Assembly (NCBI GenBank): GCA_951406725.2
Contig: OX597837.1
Span: forward strand, 2,728,001-2,792,000
DNA length: 64,000 bases
From: Octopus vulgaris
Lineage: Eukaryota
Direction: 5' to 3'
This document shows, in pieces, positions 1 through 12,371 of this stretch. Made by a program: the position numbers and the translations under genes. The notes beneath the pieces were generated by a model. The model saw only the letters and a list, made by a program, of their open reading frames with translations, searched no databases and was not told where the DNA came from. Within the stretch, counting starts at the first letter, position 1. The number at the start of each line of letters is the position of its first letter.

Positions 1-229
1 CCGACCACGTGGTCCCGGGTTCAGTCCCATTGCATGGCACCTTGGGCAAGTGTCTTCTACTATAGCCTCGGGCCAACCAAAGCCTTGTGAGTGCATTTGG
101 TAGACGGAAACTGAAAGAAGCCCGTCGTATATATATATATATATATATATACGACGGTTTCTTATGTGATTGGGTATTATCTGGTAATTGATATTTGATT
201 TGGATGTATTTCTCCATTTTCTTATTTTG

Positions 230-266
<37 letters not shown>

Positions 267-465
267 GTGTGTGTGTGTGTTTGTCCCACCAACATCGCTT
301 GACAACCGATGCTGATGTGTTTACGTCCCCATAACTTAGCGGTTTGGCATAAGAGACCGATTGTATAAGTACAATGCTTACAAAGAATAAGTCCTGGGGT
401 TGATTTGCTCAACTAAAGGCAGTGCCCCAGCATGGCCACAGTCAAGTGACTGAAACAAATAAAAC
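1..465 (+). mobile_element. tRNA-derived SINE, family A (CORE-like centre, internal TA/TG microsatellite)
   Basis: ggttcagtccc B-box-like head and ggcaccttgggcaagtg core. Further copies at about 1108-1435, 2479-2863, 4583-4840 and 10850-11000 (+), and 12700-12990, 19262-19642, 34982-35332 and 43808-44000 (-). Confidence 0.8.
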
Positions 466-495
466 AATATATGTATATATCCTATATAATTGCAG

Positions 496-584
496 ATGTG
501 TACCACATAGTGAAACATTATAAAGTCTTATTGCTGTGTACGTCGATAGAGGTGAAAATCATTGTAGATCTAATGATTGATATG
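496..584 (+). CDS. CENPP: CENP-P-like gene, first coding exon visible in the window (gene starts upstream)
   Basis: ttgcag|AT...GATATG|gtgagt; 89 nt, open: VYHIVKHYKVLLLCTSIEVKIIVDLMIDM. Ends in phase 0, matching the next exon. Confidence 0.65.
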
Positions 585-1445
585 GTGAGTCACTACATCC
601 ATCTCTCATCTTTTTCTCTGTTATAGCTGATGTGTATATATATATATATATACACGCACTTTCTTTGACTTCTTTATATATCTATCTAATTATTATATAT
701 GTATATAGATACATACACCAAGACAGTAAATTGAGAAAAGATTTTTTTATTATTTATTCACCATTACACACGTTTCATATGCTAATGGGAGTTACAAAAT
801 TGTACATGTAAAAGAAAACAAGTAAGACATCTATTAAAATTCTTCAGACAGAGAGTATCAGATAGTCTCTAAATCTTACATATTTTCTACTATTAGGAAA
901 TGAAACATGTGTAACGGTAAATAACTAATCCCCAAAAACTTTCCAATCTCCTGTTTTGCTGTTATTACTCTGAAGGAAATATTTTCCAGCATTTTAAATT
1001 CTTATGTATATTTCACATCTACATATGGATTTGGAATACTGGAATAACCAGATGTGATTCAAGGGGACTCAGCTTGGATTGTAACCCTATCTACATATAC
1101 ATATACATGGCTATGTGGTAAGAAGCCTGCTTCACAACCACATGGTTCCGGGTTCAGTCCCACTGCATGGCCCCTTGGGCAAAGATGAGTGGATTTGGTA
1201 GACGGAAACTGAAAGACCATTGTTTATATATGTGTGTATGTTTGAGTGTCTGTGTTTGTCCCTGCACCATTGCTTGACAAGCGATGTTGGTGTGTTTATG
1301 TCCCCATAACTTAGTGGTTCAGCAAAAGAGACCACTAGAATAAGTACTAGGCTTACAAAAATGTCCTGGGGTCAGTTTGTTCAACTAAAGGCAGTACTCC
1401 AGCATGGCCGCAGTCAAATGACTGATACAAATAAAAGAATGTATA

Positions 1446-1640
1446 TCGGGTGTTCAAAAAGTCTCTCCACAGTAAGTATTTAATGGTTTTCAGGCGATTC
1501 TTGTACCCTGATCCTTTACTTGCTCCCTAGAAAAAAAATGTCTGGCATTGTTAAATCAGGTGATCTTAGTGGTCAAATTCCCTTCAAAATAATCCGTTCA
1601 TCGAAAAAACTCTTGAAGTAGCACCATGGTGATGCACAGG
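1446..1640 (-). mobile_element. Tc1/mariner fragment
   Basis: TIR-like cgggtgttcaaaaagtctct next to a TA-rich site; the - strand encodes a decayed (W)PLRSPDLT motif. Confidence 0.5.
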
Positions 1641-1654
1641 ATGAAAAATATATA

Positions 1655-2119
1655 TTAGAATGGAGGATAGAAGGATTGCTCTATGGAGAACTATGGAGAT
1701 GCTCTATGGAGAACTTGTGAATGGAAGGAGACTCCGGCAGAAACCAAGGCTACGATTTAAGGAATGTGTTAAGTTCTCGTTAAAGGCCTTTGATATGCAG
1801 GACACTGACTGGGAGAACAATGCTTGTCATCGCCACAGATGGAGGAAGCAGGTTAAGGAGGGGATCGACACTTTTGAGAGAGCATGTATCCAGCATGAAG
1901 AACTTAGGCGAGCTGTGCGAAAGCGCATGGCTCGTATAGTGAATGGGGAAAGCTTGGTCTGCAATGTTTGCAGTCGTGTATGCTTGTCAAGAGCAGGGCT
2001 CATTAGCCACCAACGGAGCCGCAAATGCAAAATATAAGGTAGTCCTAGAGTGCACAATGTTCCTGAAGGTCGGCAATGGTCTTCCTTGGCCACGAGTGGA
2101 CGGCTATCATCATCATCAT
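1655..2119 (+). mobile_element. RTE-clade LINE 3' end
   Basis: LYGELVNGRR..KPRLRFKECVK...W...A..R..WR plus a C-terminal CxxC...H; (CAT)n tail. Confidence 0.85.
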
Positions 2120-3395
2120 ATATATATATATACAATCAAAATAAGCAACAAGGATATCCAGAGGTAATGCAGTACGATAGTTTCATGCGACTCCATTTAA
2201 TTGAACAATGCATTTATTACATCAGTTTTAAAATGTAGAGCAATCTTCAGCTGCATAAAAATATAGAATTTAGTTAAATTCAAAGGATTCATTTGTATAG
2301 CTTTTCTATTAACCAAAATCACAAAGAGTATAAGTAGATAGACAAAAGACATGTTTCATCAACAACATCATAGTTGTAACTGATATTTTTTCACAGGAAG
2401 ACACTGCTTATCATTGATTTTAATTTGCTATTCAGATTTACTAATGGGTGGGGTTAGTTCTAATTTATATATATATACAGGTGCAAGAGTGGCTGTGTGG
2501 TAAGTAGCTTGCTTACCAACCACATGGTTCCGGGTTCAGTCCCACTGCATGGCACCTTAGGTATGTATCTTTTACTATAGCCTCGGGCCGACCAAAGCCT
2601 TGTGAGTGGATTTGGTAGATGGAAACTGAAAGAAGCCCGTCGTATATGTATATATATGTGTGTGTGTGTGTGTTTGTCCCCCCAACATCACTTGTCAACC
2701 AATGCTGGTGTGTTTACATCCCCTAAACTTAGCAGTTCAGCAAGAGATGGATAGAATAAGTACTAGGCTTACAAAGAATAAGTCCTGGGGGCAATTTGCT
2801 CGACTAAAAAAGGCAGTGCTCCAGCATGGCTGCAGTCAAATGACTGAAATGAGTAAAAGAGTAAAGATATATATATATATACACACATACAAGGTAAAGC
2901 CTCCCCACCCCACCCGCCAGTCATGAATGGACCATAGGATTATACCCATGTTCATTTCAAAGTCTATTTCTGAGGTACAAATCTGGATGTGGTTGTTTAT
3001 GGAAGACCAACAGTTGCCCATGCATACCAGCCTCTCCTCTCCACACCACTGATATTATCCAAGGGAAAGGCAAAGGCCATGATACAGCTTTCGTTCCAGT
3101 GACATCGCAGCTCATTTCTACAGATGAGCGAACTGGAGCAACATGAAATAAAGTGTCTTGCTCAAGAACACAGACTCACTACCTCATGATTGTGAACCTG
3201 GTGCTCTAACCACTGAGCCATGTGTTTTCACATACCATTGACCCTTTATATACAAATTCCATCTTATGTCCTTCCTTGTTCATGACTAGAATGTGCAATT
3301 AGGAGCTGGGAGTCAGCTGTTATTTCTAGGAAGCCGAATGACCACCCAAGCACTGGTTTTATTTTTACATGTCTGTATTTGTGTTGCTGTTGCAG

Positions 3396-3487
3396 AGAGA
3401 CATCAAGCTGAACTACCAAGTGGAGAAGCTGCAAATAAAACTGAAGGACAAGACCATTTTTGCTGCACTTAAAGACACATTGGCTGA
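3396..3487 (+). CDS. CENPP: CENP-P-like exon
   Basis: gttgcag|AGAGAC...GCTGA|gtgagt; 92 nt, RDIKLNYQVEKLQIKLKDKTIFAALKDTLA(E); phase 0 to 2. Confidence 0.75.
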
Positions 3488-3521
3488 GTGAGTGGTTTTG
3501 GGGTTAATTTAGGGGGTGGGG

Positions 3522-4035
3522 GTCAGCAGTGGCCAGCATTGAAAGCAGACAGTACCTGGCATGTGGTCCTAAAATTGGACAATGGCCAGTAGAATGTCTT
3601 GAAAATGGATACTAGATAGCAGAGTGGACTGTGGTCAGCAGGGTATTCTGAAAGCAGAGAGCACCTGGCATGAGGTCCTAAAATTGGACAATGGCCAGTA
3701 GAATGTCTTGAAAATGGATACTAATTAGCAGATTGGTCTGTATGTCATGAAAATAGGCAGTGTTGGCTAAGTGTCCTGAAAGTGGACAGTGGCTGCTAGT
3801 GTATCCTGAGGTTAGACAGTATTAACAGCATGTTGTAAAAGTGGATTCTGGATAGAATAGTATGGTAAAAGTGGACAGTGCCTGGTATGATGTTCTAAAA
3901 GTGGACAGTGGCCAGCAGGGTGTTCTGAAAGCAGACCGGATGCTAGGGTGTCCTGAAAGGACATCAGTGTCTGGAGAGTGTCCTGAAAGTGAGTGGTGAC
4001 TAGCAGATTGTCTTGAAAGGAAACAGTGTCTACTG
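3522..4035. repeat. Degenerate ~30-bp minisatellite with a ~110-bp higher-order duplication
   Basis: Unit approx. ctgaaagtggacagtggccagcagggtgtt; 3541-3630 is repeated at 3650-3740. Confidence 0.8.
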
Positions 4036-5387
4036 TGATAGGTATTCACTAGTCAAAGAATCATGTAGTGTTGCTGCTTGCTTTAAACTTCATCAAGGAG
4101 AGTAATGAATGACACAACATCTCAATGGAAAAAAATAATTGTATTCTCAATAATTCAGCTTCAATGATCCTGAATCAAGAATCAAATATTTCACATCAGA
4201 TCATCACCACCATCATCATCATTTTAACGTACACTTTTTTATGCTTGCATGGGTCAGAGGGAATTTATCCATGCTTTCCATGCCAGCATGGGTTGGATGG
4301 TTTGACAGAAGCTGGCAAACCATCCAACCCAGTGCCAAACTCCAACACCTGACTTGACATGGTTTCTATGGCTGGATGTCCTTCCCAATGTCATCTGCTT
4401 TACAGAGTTTAGACAGGAAATTTGTATTATTGAACCAAAGGCAGTCTTGAGTGGGTTTATCTATGTTCCAAATACCAGCTTCATAACAACTCTTATTTGA
4501 TTAAATTCTTCATTATTTTCAAAACTTAATTGAAACAAAGACTGTTGCAAAAGGGTTTATAAAAGATTTATAACTTTTCCAGAGGAGTGGCTTTGTGGTA
4601 AGAAGCTTGCTTCCTGACTACATGGTTCCATGTTCAGTCCCATTGCATGGTACCTTGGGCAAGTGTCTGCTATTATAGCCTCCAGCTGACAAAAGCCTTG
4701 TGAGTGGATTTGGTAGACGGAAACTGTTTTATATATATATATATATATGTTACTGTGTCTATGTTTGTCCTCCTACCACTTGACAGCTAACGTGTGTTCA
4801 CGTCCCCGTAACTTAGCGGTTTGGCAAAAGGGACCAGTACAAAACTTGATATATGGCATATGATTTATTGATATACAAAATGCCAATATAGAAGCATTAA
4901 GATATATATAAATAAGTTGTTGTTATTAATACTGTGTTATAAAGCTGTCACCTTGAGAATAAACTCCTATTTATTTGTTTCTCCGGTGCCGGTGCCACGT
5001 GCAAAGCACCTTTGCTGGTGTCAAATATAAAGCACCCCTGTCAGTGCCATATGAAGAGCTCTCATGCTGGTGCCACATAAAAGGCACCCAGTACACTCTG
5101 TAAAGTGGTTAGCATTAGGAAGGGCTCCCAGCCATAGAAACCAGGCCAGGACAGACAATTGGAGCTTGGTGCAGCCCTTCAGCTGGCCAGACTTGTCAAA
5201 CCGTCCAACCCATGCCACCATGGAAAAAATGATGAAGATGCCATTGTTGTCCTTATTTCTATGTTTAAAGATCCTCATTTCACTGACTGCAAACGGTCAG
5301 TGAGTTCTCTGTGAAAACTCAATTTCTAATTCATGTCCATATGTTTTCTTTCCCTCCACACACACACTCCTCTAATTCCATAATTAG

Positions 5388-5570
5388 ATTGGAGAAATCT
5401 AAAGATCTCGTTAATGCCGTCCGTTTTCTCTCTTCCTATGGCTGGTTGAGAGATCAGAGAGAAACCGTTTTTACCAACCTCGAGCAGTCAGAAGAATTCT
5501 CAGAATGTATAACTTTTCCTAAAACAACATCTGGTGAAACTATTATCATCTTTGATCCCAATTGGCCAGA
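5388..5570 (+). CDS. CENPP: CENP-P-like exon
   Basis: aattag|ATTGGAG...CCAGA|gtgagt; 183 nt, LEKSKDLVNAVRFLSSYGWLRDQRETVFTNLEQ...FDPNWP(D). Resembles human CENP-P 'AEERKDL..FF.....W...R...F..L' as recalled; phase 2 to 2. Confidence 0.8.
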
Positions 5571-5769
5571 GTGAGTATCACCATTATCATTATTATTATT
5601 ATTATCGTTGTTGTTGATTATGGTTTCTTTTCATTATAACTATATTTCAGCTGCCTTAGTATTGGGCATCCTTTGGAGGCCAAGAGTAGCAAGGGCACTT
5701 TTGTTTTGCTATTCATACTAAAATTATCACCATATTTATTCCATTTTAGATGGAGAGTGCTTTCCATAG

Positions 5770-6157
5770 TATATGGGCTCTATCCATCAAGGTTATCTTT
5801 TGTTAACGTTATCAAGGTTCTGGAGATTGGAGTTACCAGGGAGTTGCTTAATATACTTCTCCACTCTCTTATCATTCCCAACACACCAATTTCTACAGGT
5901 ATTATTGTAACACTAAACTTCCACATTTTTGTGATTTCGATTTGCAGATCTTTATAGTGAGAAAGCTTTTCGTATTCTTTCCTTGAGATATTTTGATCTT
6001 GTGGGACAGACATATCTATTAAAAGACAAGTTCTTCTGTTGTAGTCCTTGATCACAATGTCTGGTCAATTGGTGTCAATTTTTCTGTCTGTTTGTATTGG
6101 GAAGTTCCAAAGGATGGTCATGCCCTTGCCATTTACTACATCCTCTGGATGGTGCCT
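5770..6157 (-). mobile_element. R4/Dong-clade LINE fragment (restriction-like endonuclease domain)
   Basis: PDIVIKDYNRRTCLLIDMSVPQDQNISRKEYEKLSHYKDLQIEITKMW...IPVEIGVLG; lies between (ATT)n tracts. Confidence 0.8.
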
Positions 6158-6173
6158 ATTATTATTATTATGA

Positions 6174-6930
6174 AGGTAGTGAGCTGGTAGAATCGTTAGC
6201 ACGCTGGATGAAATGCTTAGCAGTATTTCACCCATCACCACATTCTGAGTTCAAATTCCGCTGAAGTTGACTTTTGAAGGTCAGTTAAACACTTGGGTCA
6301 ATGTAATCAACGTATTTCCTCCCACTAAAATTACTGGCCTTGTGGCAAATGTGAAACTTATTAAAAATGTGAAAATGGCAAGCATGGATGTAGACCTGTG
6401 AGTCGGAGAGAAGGAATTGGAAAGAATACTTGCTCCTAGGGTTTCAGGAGAAATCTCAAACAATGGGGTTCCTCGATTATCCCTAAAGACCTTCCTGTAT
6501 CAGGAGGGCCACATCTCTATCATCTTCCCCACCATTTTCTTTTAAACCTTTATATGCTATTCATATGTCCCTTCTTTTTCAATGTATACTTAATTTTTCT
6601 TCTTTTTCTTTTATCATTTCATTATATGTAAATCCCCACACTTTATGTCTGTCTCTGTATTGTCCCTCCCCTTCATCCTTTGCCCTTGTGGTAAATAAAT
6701 GAAATCATTATTATTATCATCATTGGTAGCAAGCTGGCAGAATTGTTAGCACGCTGGGCAAAATGCTTGGCAGTAATTCACCCACTACTACATTCTGAGT
6801 TCAAATTCCGCCAAGGTTGACTTTGCCTTTCATCATCGATAAATTAAGTACTAGTTGCGTACTGGGGTCAATGTAATCGATTAACCCCTTCCCCAAATTT
6901 CTGGCTTTGTGCCTATTGTGGAAAGGATTA
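6174..6930 (+). mobile_element. Two SINE family B copies (Deu/Nin-like domain) flanking a possible LINE 3'UTR
   Basis: gagctggcagaatcgttagc...ctgagttcaaattccgcc..gactttgcctttcatc...aagtaccag, with (ATT)n ends. Other + copies at about 36365-36530, 56168-56380 and 63310-63482. Confidence 0.75.
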
Positions 6931-6943
6931 TTATTTTTATTAC

Positions 6944-7302
6944 TACCTTCACCTTAGTGAAGGCGGAGGCATTGTTTTCAGTCGTTTGTTTGTCCATGGA
7001 CAAGATATCTCAAGAACTGCTGGATGGATTCAGATGAAACTTTCAGGAATGTTTGGCCTCGTGACTGGCACAAACTGATTAGATTTCAGGATCGATTCAG
7101 TACCAGACAAGGATTCTGGATTATTTTTCCTATTTTTTTTACTAAATTTCTGAGAGCGGTTGGGTTCATTTTCAGTATTCTCGTTTGTGAGAGCAGTCAA
7201 ATTTATTTCAGATATTGTCATTTTAAAAATCATTTCTGGTTAATCGCTGAGAGGACATTGGTGTTGCCTTGGCGGAGGTTTGCACTCTCTGAGTGCTCTT
7301 GT
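6944..7302 (+). mobile_element. Non-autonomous Helentron-like element (HINE-type)
   Basis: Asymmetric sub-terminal inverted repeats (taccttcacc.. / ggcggaggt), 3' hairpin gcactc-tct-gagtgc, T-rich insertion site. Confidence 0.55.
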
Positions 7303-7513
7303 TTTTATTATTATTATTATCAGTATTATTGTAGCCTCCCTTGTTGAGTGTTTTAATTTGTTATTGTTATATATATTGTTTACACGCTGTAAAACCTATT
7401 GTATCATTCTGTTTTTGTTTATGTTGTTGCATGTCATTTAATGTTGTTTTATGTGAACCCTCGTGGCTAATAAAAGAATTGATCATTATTATTCTGCTTT
7501 TGTCTCGGTGCAG

Positions 7514-7605
7514 CATCAAGATCCATGTGAAGTGGGTGATACAACAGAACTTTCTGTTCCGAGCTGAGTCCTACATCTCAGTGTTCTGTAAAGTCTCTCG
7601 CTCAA
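7514..7605 (+). CDS. CENPP: CENP-P-like exon
   Basis: gtgcag|CATCAAG...CTCAA|gtaagt; 92 nt, IKIHVKWVIQQNFLFRAESYISVFCKVSRS (cf. human 'ELVIVWRIQ...LLTKVP'); phase 2 to 1. Confidence 0.8.
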
Positions 7606-8194
7606 GTAAGTAATCAACATTTCATGTCATCCTCATCCTCATCATCCTCATCATCATCCTCATCATCACCAATAACAGAAAGAGAGGGGGGGGGGGGCTA
7701 CACTGTTGCTTGAGCTGCTAAAAATCACTGCCACATACCTTTCAAATCATGGTTTACTACCTTAAAAGGGAGAAGGATATTCAGTATATAATGTAGTTCT
7801 AGACATCCCCCACCTCATCACCAGAATAGATGAGATGGTCATGGTTGAAAGGAAGGTCTTTGACTGTAGCAGATGTTATACATCATCATTGCCAGCCTCA
7901 GTATTATCACTATCTTGATCTGCTAGAAATAAGACCCAAATCTTTCTGAAATCACACCTTATCGTTCAAAAGGAAAGATGTCTGAAAAGATGGGATTGTC
8001 ATGATACAAATGATTTTGATCATGTGACTTCCCAATCTGGACTGACCTAGGGTTAAATAACAGCAGCAGCAACAACATGATCATCTCTACTATTTTCAGC
8101 CTTCTGTCATCGTAAAAGCCGTACAAATTAATTAAATAATCACAAAGCATTTTGTCCTTAAGTCTAGCGATTCTGCAAATCCACTGAAATGATG

Positions 8195-9190
8195 ATAATA
8201 ATGATCCTTTCTACTAAAGGCACAAAGCCCGATAATTGGTGGGAGGGGCTAGTCGATTACATCGACCCCAGTGTTTCACTGGTACTTAATTTATTAACCC
8301 CAAAAGGATGAAAGGTGAAGTTGACCTCAGCAGAATTTGAACTCAGAATGTAAAGACAGACCTCAAGGCATTTTGTCCAGTATGCTAATGACTCTGCCAG
8401 CTCACTTTGTTAATAATCATAATAATCCTTTCTACTCCAAGCACAAGGCTTGGGTTTTTGTGGGGAGGGGGACAGTCGATCACATCGACCCCAGTACTCA
8501 ACTGGTACTTAATTTATCAACCCCAAAAAGATGAAAGTCAAAGTCAACCTCAGTGGAATTTGAACTCAGAACTTAGCGACAGACGAAATACTGCTAACGA
8601 TTCTGCCAGCTCCCCACCATTATTAATAATGGTTTCAAATTTAGCCACAAGGACAGCAATATGGGGGGAGGGGATGAATCAATTACAATCGACCCCAGTG
8701 TTTCACTGGTACTTAATTTATTGACCCCGAAAGGATGAAAGGTGGATTTGAACTCAAAACATAAAGATAGACAAAATACCGCTTAGCATTTTGCCCAATG
8801 TGCTAATTATTCCACCTTAATAATAATGGTTTCCAATTTAGCCACAAGGGCAACAATTTGGGGGAAGGGGCTGAGTCGATTACACTGACCCTCAGTATTT
8901 CACTGGTACTTAATTTATCAACCCTGAAAGGAGGAAAGGCAAAGTTGACCTCAGAATGTAGGGGCGGATGAAATACCTATTTCTTTACTATCCACAAGGG
9001 GCTAAACAGAGAGGGGATGAACAAGGACAGACAAACGGATTAAGTCGATTACATCTAAAGGGTTAATCGACCCCAAAAGGATGAAAAGCAAAGTCGACTT
9101 CGGTGGAATTTGAACTCAGAACGTAACAGCAGATGAAATACCGCTAAACATTTCACCCGGTGTACTAACAATTCTGCCAACTCGCCCCCT
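8195..9190 (-). mobile_element. Head-to-tail array of SINE family B copies
   Basis: About 5-6 repeats of gacccc...aaaggatgaaaggcaaagtcgacctcggcggaatttgaactcagaac separated by (AAT)n. Confidence 0.85.
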
Positions 9191-9294
9191 TAATAATAAT
9201 AATGTATTGTTCTGCTGTACAATTTCTCTTAAACATTCTGTGACCAATTTCTTCTTTTCTATTTGTTCCATGCACCCACCCACCTCTCTTGTAG

Positions 9295-9413
9295 AAGAAG
9301 CATATGCTAAAGCAGATTTCTTGGCCAATCTTCCGCAACTCTTCAAACAGCTGCTTCAGAAAGAAGGAGAGGAAGGAGCTTTGAAATGTCTTATAAAAAT
9401 GGTGAAAGCATGA
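9295..9413 (+). CDS. CENPP: CENP-P-like last coding exon
   Basis: cttgtag|AAGAAG...GCATGA; EAYAKADFLANLPQLFKQLLQKEGEEGALKCLIKMVKA*. Matches the CENP-P C-terminal pattern P..F..L....G.E.AL..LIK. Confidence 0.8.
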
Positions 9414-11812
9414 ACCAAGGTAGTTTTGGTGGGTTTTTTTCCAGTTTTACTTTGCTGCAAGAATTGTCCAGAGCATTCAACCATGAATTGACACAGTTTT
9501 GTTATTAGAGTTCCTTGTATTTTGCCTCTAAAAGGATGCATTCCCTCCAAACATCATTGATTTCTCAATTACGAAAAGCAACAAAAAAAATTGGGGGGTA
9601 CCATTCTGCTATACAAGGGATCTTATTGATGGAATATTGATTATTTGTTTATCAATAGATTTCAGGAGTTAGGAAATAGAAATTATATTTGAAGAGCTTA
9701 CATTCAAAACCAATTAAATGCGTCAGAACGACTTTTGAGTAATTGTTTAAAACAACATCTTGAATAAATCTGATTTTGATTGGAAGACTAAGAGTCGCCT
9801 CCTGTCTATACGGCATCTCTCCCAGTTTGTCTGAAAAACATTTCACGTGCATGAAGCAAGCAGCTTGCAGTTTGTTTTAATGGTTGTCATGAAATCAACC
9901 AAATACGCACTTATAATGGGTTTGAAAGTCGGCTCCTCATTTTATTTCTTCACTGATTACTATACAAAATGATAAAGGCCTTTAGCCCCTTTCATACCAA
10001 CCTGCATGAACTGCCTCTGGTTCTAGTACTCAAATTTCCTGTTTTAACTATTTTGCATTTAAACCAACTATATCTGGCCCAAAATATTCTCTGTTTTATA
10101 TTTAAACTGGCCACATCTGGTTTCTTACATTACAATGTCATTCTATAAATAAACAATCACATCTTTGAAAATCTCATAGCTTCAGAATAATGCCTAATTA
10201 CTTATTAAAAAAATGTGAATAAATTAGCATTACCATTTGACAGAAGAATCTGAATGCCAATGGGTTAAAATGGTCTGGATTTTTTTAGGTTCCAAACACC
10301 AGCTTAATAACAACAAAATTATGCTATTCTTCATTATTTTCAAAACTCGTTGAGACAAAGGCAATGTGTATTTCAATGCAAGTATGGTAACAAAAGGGTT
10401 AAAGTGATCTAAATTAAATCCTTCCACCTAAATTTCATATATTGTCCCAAACACCAACTTAATAATGACAGGCTTATTTTACTAAATTCTTCATTAGTTT
10501 TCAAAATTAATTGAAACAAAGACAGACTATTATTTTAAACAAAATATAGTTAAAAAAAAAAAAAAAAAGTGTTTTTTGTTGTATTTTTTTAGTTTGTTAT
10601 TTTGAAATTAAATACACAAGACAAATCTTTAAGGTTTGTTTCTTGGATGTGTTAAGGGTTAAAAAAGACAATGGAATACTTTCCATAGAAAGCTAAATAC
10701 AATAGCAATTCCTTCAGTTATTTTGGTACCTTTTATCGCAATTCATTCTGGACGCTTATGACTGTGATAGGATGAGTTGTATGCTCATGAGTGACTTTGG
10801 GGAGTGGAAACTGAAAGAAGCCTATCGTACATAGATACAGATGTATATAGGCATAGGTATGACTTGATTGTTAAGAAGCTTGCTTCTCAACCATGTGTTC
10901 AGTTCCACTGTGTGGCACCTCGGGCAAGTGTCTTCCACTATAGCCCTAGGCCAGCCAAAGCTTTGTAAATGGATTTGGTAGATGGAAACTGAAAGAAGCC
11001 TGTTGTACATATGTGTGTGTGCAGGTGCCCTTGTCTTGACATTCTGTGATGTAAACAAACATTCCTGTCGTACTAATAATTTTGTTAAACTCCAGTCTTT
11101 GGGAAATCTGTTTGGCCAAGAAGAAACCACTCTTTGCTTGGAAACAGGTGAGGGTTGGTGACAGGAAGAGCATCCAGCTGTAGAAAATCTCAGTAAACTC
11201 TGTTTGACCCACGATGATAATGTATGTGTGTGTGTGTGTGTTGAATGTAAGATGCAGGTATGTCTGCGTAATTTAGAAGTTTACTTCACAACCATGAGAT
11301 TTCATGTTCAGTCCTGCAGCAGGTTACATTGAACAAACATCTCGTACTCCCAGCCCAAAATTACCCAAGTCTTGTCAGTTGGTTTACTGGACAGAAACTG
11401 GAAGAAGCCAGTCGTGTGTGTGTTTATATACAGGAGGGCTCATGTCTCTTCCAAGCAGGATCGTTTGTTTGCGGTCTTCCATGAAATCCTGTTTGGCCAG
11501 CATGCTGTTCATGTTCAATTACCTTACTTAAAAACAGATAATGGGGACAGGAAAGATATCTGCCCCACACAAGCATGGAGAGTTGACACTCAAACGGTTA
11601 GGGTAATGTTTGTGTTTGTGTGTTTTTCTTAATATTTGTGTTCTACAAAAGTTTCTTACACAGGCTGTGATGTTGTCCCTTCTGTCAACAAAAAGTCTGC
11701 TCATTTTGTGCCTTCAAAGACACACAAACTATGAGGTCCCCTTATTTACAAAAATAGATAAGGGTCAGCAACAGGAATGGCACTTGGTTATAAAACAGTG
11801 CCTCAATAAGTG

Positions 11813-12371
11813 TTAGGTTGTCAGATAAGTTCATTCCTATTTTTCTGTTTTTGGTTCTTTAACCATCGAGTGAAGATGACGAGCGATGCTGTCGTGTGAG
11901 CATCCCATTTGCTGGGCCAACTGCCTCGTGGATTGGTGGGGATCTTCATGGATGAGCTGGTGCAATCGTTCTTCATTGAACTGAACAGGTCGGCCAGAAC
12001 GTGGAGAGTCTGTGAGATTAAATTTCCCCTCCTTGAAGCGTGCAAACCATTTCTGTGCAGTTCTTTCAGTAATGGTGCCCTCTCCGTACACGGCACAGAT
12101 GTCTCGAGCGGCTTTGGTAGCCTTGGCGCCTTGATTGAAAGCGAAGAGGAGAAGGTGTCGCAAATGCTCATTCTTCTCCAACTGGCACTCCTTCGTCGTA
12201 TGTCTGAAAAGAAGCAAAATTTATTCAAATTTCAAAAATGATAAACAGACATTGTAGAGGAAGAATAAATCTTTAAAGGAAAAAAAAAAAACCACCATAA
12301 AAATATTTTTCGTGTTTAATTCAAATAACATTGGAAAGAAACGAACAAATTTATCTGAGTCTGACCACCTC
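11813..12371 (-). mobile_element. Internally deleted mariner element (transposase N-terminal HTH only)
   Basis: ORF 11837-12217: HLRHLLLFAFNQG..A..AARDICAVYGEG.ITERTAQKWFARFKEG.F.L.D.PRSGRP. Imperfect TIRs (aggttgtcagataagtt / aatttatctga..ccacct); catalytic domain missing. Confidence 0.85.

Noticed and set aside
8195-9190. CRISPR-like repeat/spacer pattern
   Set aside because: Units are ~170-200-bp diverged SINE copies in eukaryotic DNA, with no unique spacers or cas genes.
9703-9830. Possible - strand exon (tttcag|ACAAAC...GAAT|gtaag)
   Set aside because: Splice-like ends and an open frame, but no recognisable homology and no partner exon; the transaldolase CDS is already complete.
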